Below, piece after piece: positions 5,577 through 7,465 of a stretch of DNA of 7,465 bases (position 1 is the first letter of the stretch; each line of letters starts with the position of its first letter). Below the pieces are notes generated by a model. It made no database searches. It was given only the letters and a program-made list of their open reading frames with translations, and was not told the origin of the DNA. A program made the translations under genes and the position numbers. The stretch comes from a virus. Lineage: Duplodnaviria; Heunggongvirae; Uroviricota; Caudoviricetes. Location: positions 1-7,465 of the IMG/VR virus record IMGVR_UViG_3300028976_000016; one strand, written 5' to 3'.

Positions 5577-5714
5577 GTGTTTGATTTTAGCAAACTGATT
5601 CGGGAGATTCGAGTGATGGCTGAAAAATTATCCACCTGGAAGTTCATTCTTATCTGGCTGGTGTTTGTGATTATGGCCTCCGGTTATTTCATCGGTCAGA
5701 TACGCTGGTGGTGA
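5577..5714 (+). CDS. Small single-pass membrane protein (about 45 aa), translationally coupled to Rz
   Basis: AAGGAG at 5566-5571 lies 5 nt before GTG 5577; an alternative ATG at 5616 follows GGGAG at 5602-5606. Product ...[40 protein letters not shown] has one hydrophobic helix. The TGA at 5712-5714 is 1 nt before the Rz ATG at 5716. It was missed by the ORF track because it is short. Confidence 0.35.
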   Translation: MFDFSKLIREIRVMAEKLSTWKFILIWLVFVIMASGYFIGQIRWW

Positions 5715-5715
5715 A

Positions 5716-6180
5716 ATGAACCGCGTACTGTGCGTGGTCATCATTGCCCTGCTGGTGGCCTGTGGTGCGCTTAGTCTGGGGCTGAATCATTACCGTGATA
5801 ACGCCATTACCTACAAAGCCCAGCGCGACAAAAATGTCAGAGAACTGAAGCTGGCGAACGCGGCAATTACTGACATGCAGATGCGTCAGCGTGATGTTGC
5901 TGCGCTCGATGCAAAATACACGAAGGAGTTAGCTGATGCGAAAGCTGAAAATGATGCTCTGCGTGATGATGTTGCCGCTGGTCGTCGTCGGTTGCACATC
6001 AAAGCAGTCTGTCAGTCAGTGCGTGAAGCCACCACCGCCTCCGGCGTGGATAATGCAGCCTCCCCCCGACTGGCAGACACCGCTGAACGGGATTATTTCA
6101 CCCTCAGAGCGCGACTGATAATAATGCAAAAACAACTTGAAGGGGCACAGCTATACATTCGAGAGCAATGCCTCAGATAA
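5716..6180 (+). CDS. Rz: Rz i-spanin (inner-membrane spanin subunit), lambda-like
   Basis: N-terminal TM segment followed by [18 protein letters not shown]...[86 protein letters not shown], which is nearly identical to lambda Rz as recalled. Confidence 0.9.
   Translation: MNRVLCVVIIALLVACGALSLGLNHYRDNAITYKAQRDKNVRELKLANAAITDMQMRQRDVAALDAKYTKELADAKAENDALRDDVAAGRRRLHIKAVCQSVREATTASGVDNAASPRLADTAERDYFTLRARLIIMQKQLEGAQLYIREQCLR
5936..6118 (+). CDS. Rz1: Rz1 o-spanin (outer-membrane lipoprotein), embedded in the +1 frame of Rz
   Basis: Lipoprotein signal with lipobox (LPLVVVGC) and a proline-rich mature region ([31 protein letters not shown]), wholly nested inside Rz as in lambda. Confidence 0.9.
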   Translation: MRKLKMMLCVMMLPLVVVGCTSKQSVSQCVKPPPPPAWIMQPPPDWQTPLNGIISPSERD

Positions 6181-6487
6181 AAACCGGCCAAGGATAATCC
6201 GCTGAAGATTCGCCGGTGGCTAAAGTGTGCCAAGAGTTCAATTTACGCAATTACTCCTGTCGATGCTATGTACCGTCTTTGTGAAGTCAATGGATACCTG
6301 ATTTATTTCTGTGCGCTGTATCGTCGCTGTACTCTTGCATTAATTATGACTGTAGCCTGACGGGGAACTCCTTCTGCACAAGTGTGGGGGAATAATCAAA
6401 AACGATGCACACCGGGGTTACCGGGTACACATATTTCATCATGCCAGCGAGTCCGGTTCTGGCACGGAAGAAACCGGACGTTATGAT

Positions 6488-6898
6488 TTAGTGCGGAAAT
6501 ATTTGTGTAGTGTTCTGAATGTTCTCAGTAAAGAGTAATGAATTATCAAAGGTATAGTAATACCTTTTGTTTTCGTGGATATTTGTAATCCATCTGAAAA
6601 CCCCTGCTGTAGCAAGATTTTTCCTGTATTCGTAAAATGATAACTCTCCTGATTTGAATCCTTTTAAGGTGGCTTCTATAAGGCATTTATTTTTTGAAAA
6701 TCTTACATTTACAACCTTACCCTGTCCTTTTATTAAAACCGTATTATCGTTTTCAAGAACAAGATGAATATTCTCTGTGGCTAAATAGTAAATGTAATGT
6801 GAGACATTGTGACGTTTTAGTTCAGAATAAAACCAGTGATAGTTTAAATTATTTCGCACTTTATCGAATATTTGTTTAAAAATGGCAATCTGAGCCAT
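6488..6898 (-). CDS. Hypothetical AT-rich protein (136 aa from the second ATG; 141 aa from the first), possibly YbcV/DUF1398-like
   Basis: Track ORF 6488..6913. The second in-frame ATG (6898) has a GGAAGG Shine-Dalgarno about 7 nt upstream, whereas the first ATG has only a C-rich leader. The gene is strongly AT-rich (by eye) and follows the RHH gene on the same strand with an intergenic spacer of about 57 nt. A weak hairpin (6451-6479) follows the stop. The family assignment is a low-certainty recollection. Confidence 0.55.
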   Translation of the reverse strand: MAQIAIFKQIFDKVRNNLNYHWFYSELKRHNVSHYIYYLATENIHLVLENDNTVLIKGQGKVVNVRFSKNKCLIEATLKGFKSGELSFYEYRKNLATAGVFRWITNIHENKRYYYTFDNSLLFTENIQNTTQIFPH

Positions 6899-6955
6899 TG
6901 TAGTACCTTCCATGTGATATGAGGGGGGGTAGTCTGCACGATTATCTAAATTGCT

Positions 6956-7189
6956 TCAATCTGGTCTGACCTGTTTTCTGAGCAATTCAGTAATGTCACT
7001 CTTTTCTTTGTTTGCTTCAGGCGAAACTCTTTTTTCTGAGCACAGTCTCCGGCGGCAGGCTTCAATGACCCAGGCTGAGAAATTCCCGGACCCTTTTTGA
7101 ACAAGAGCGATGTTAATTTGTTCAATCATTTGGTTAGGAAAGCGGATGTTGCGGGTTGTTGTTCTGCGGGTTCTGTTCTTCGTTGACAT
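6956..7189 (-). CDS. Small ribbon-helix-helix (Arc/MetJ/CopG-like) DNA-binding protein
   Basis: After a basic N-terminal tail (KNRTRRTTTR), the segment NIRFPNQMIEQINIALVQKGSGNFSAWVIEACRRRL fits a beta-strand / helix / G-x-S/N turn / helix RHH pattern. It is the last gene before cos, on the strand opposite the late genes. Confidence 0.6.
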   Translation of the reverse strand: MSTKNRTRRTTTRNIRFPNQMIEQINIALVQKGSGNFSAWVIEACRRRLCSEKRVSPEANKEKSDITELLRKQVRPD

Positions 7190-7388
7190 GAGGTTGCCCT
7201 GTATTCAGTGTCGCTGATTTGTATTGTCTGAAGTTGTTTTTACGTTAGGTTGATGCAGATCAATTAATACGATACCTGCGTCATAATTGATTATTTGACG
7301 TGGTTTGATGGCCTCCACGCACGTTGTGATATGTAGATGATAATCATTATCGCTTTACGGGTCCTTTCCGGTGATCCGACAGGTTACG

Positions 7389-7400
7389 GGGCGGCGACCT
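7389..7400. other. cosN cohesive-end site (lambda-type 12-nt GGGCGGCGACCT), with cosQ upstream and the start of cosB downstream
   Basis: 7389-7400 reads GGGCGGCGACCT, the lambda cohesive end. The preceding bases (...GGGTCCTTTCCGGTGATCCGACAGGTTACG) match the lambda right end, and the following bases (CGCGGTTTTTCACTATTTATGAAAATTTT) match the lambda left end with a few substitutions, as recalled. Confidence 0.85.
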
Positions 7401-7465
7401 CGCGGTTTTTCACTATTTATGAAAATTTTTCAGGGAAAATCGTGTCGGTACTTCTCGAATATAAC

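Noticed and set aside
4946-5647. Overlapping ORFs 4946..5221 (-), 5221..5469 (+) and 5360..5647 (-)
   Set aside because: They overlap the endolysin or the terminator in alternative frames, and their translations are Arg/Ser/Pro-rich and low-complexity with no start signals.
6181-6487. bor-like lipoprotein gene on the minus strand after Rz
   Set aside because: It is expected by analogy with lambda, but no ORF with a lipoprotein signal is present. The interval appears non-coding apart from a weak hairpin.
6694-6879. + strand 61-aa ORF
   Set aside because: It is embedded antisense within the AT-rich minus-strand gene. AT-rich DNA often yields short open frames, and there is no start signal.
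1-7465. CRISPR arrays, insertion sequences or integrase/attachment sites
   Set aside because: There are no regularly spaced direct repeats, no transposase-like ORFs and no terminal inverted repeats. The window is the Q-lysis-cos segment of the phage, not the integration end.

Overview
This window looks like the right-arm end of a lambdoid (lambda-cos type) phage or prophage of an enterobacterial host, read in the late-gene direction. Order on the + strand: a 5'-truncated DUF968/HNH-like gene; a Q antiterminator; a variable cargo block (an AT-rich 205-aa ORF with a WYL-like motif, a small 65-aa ORF, an AraC/XylS-family regulator, three tRNAs for rare codons); a DUF1737-like small gene; then the lysis cassette. 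The lysis cassette holds a dual-start S21-type pinholin broken by a 10-N assembly gap, a DUF1327/YdfR-like ORF, a convergent minus-strand 90-aa ORF, a SAR endolysin split by a frameshift in a G7 tract, a small membrane ORF, and lambda-like Rz/Rz1 spanins. Beyond it, on the minus strand, sit an RHH-type small gene and a strongly AT-rich 136-141-aa gene, followed by cosQ/cosN and the start of cosB at the window end. No stx genes follow the tRNAs, and no bor follows Rz. Several intrinsic terminators bracket the cargo genes. The most interesting candidates for undescribed function are the WYL-like ORF just downstream of Q, the RHH plus AT-rich gene pair next to cos, and the extra ORFs inserted inside the lysis cassette. 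All family assignments come from reading the translations and from recalled family features; no database search was run.
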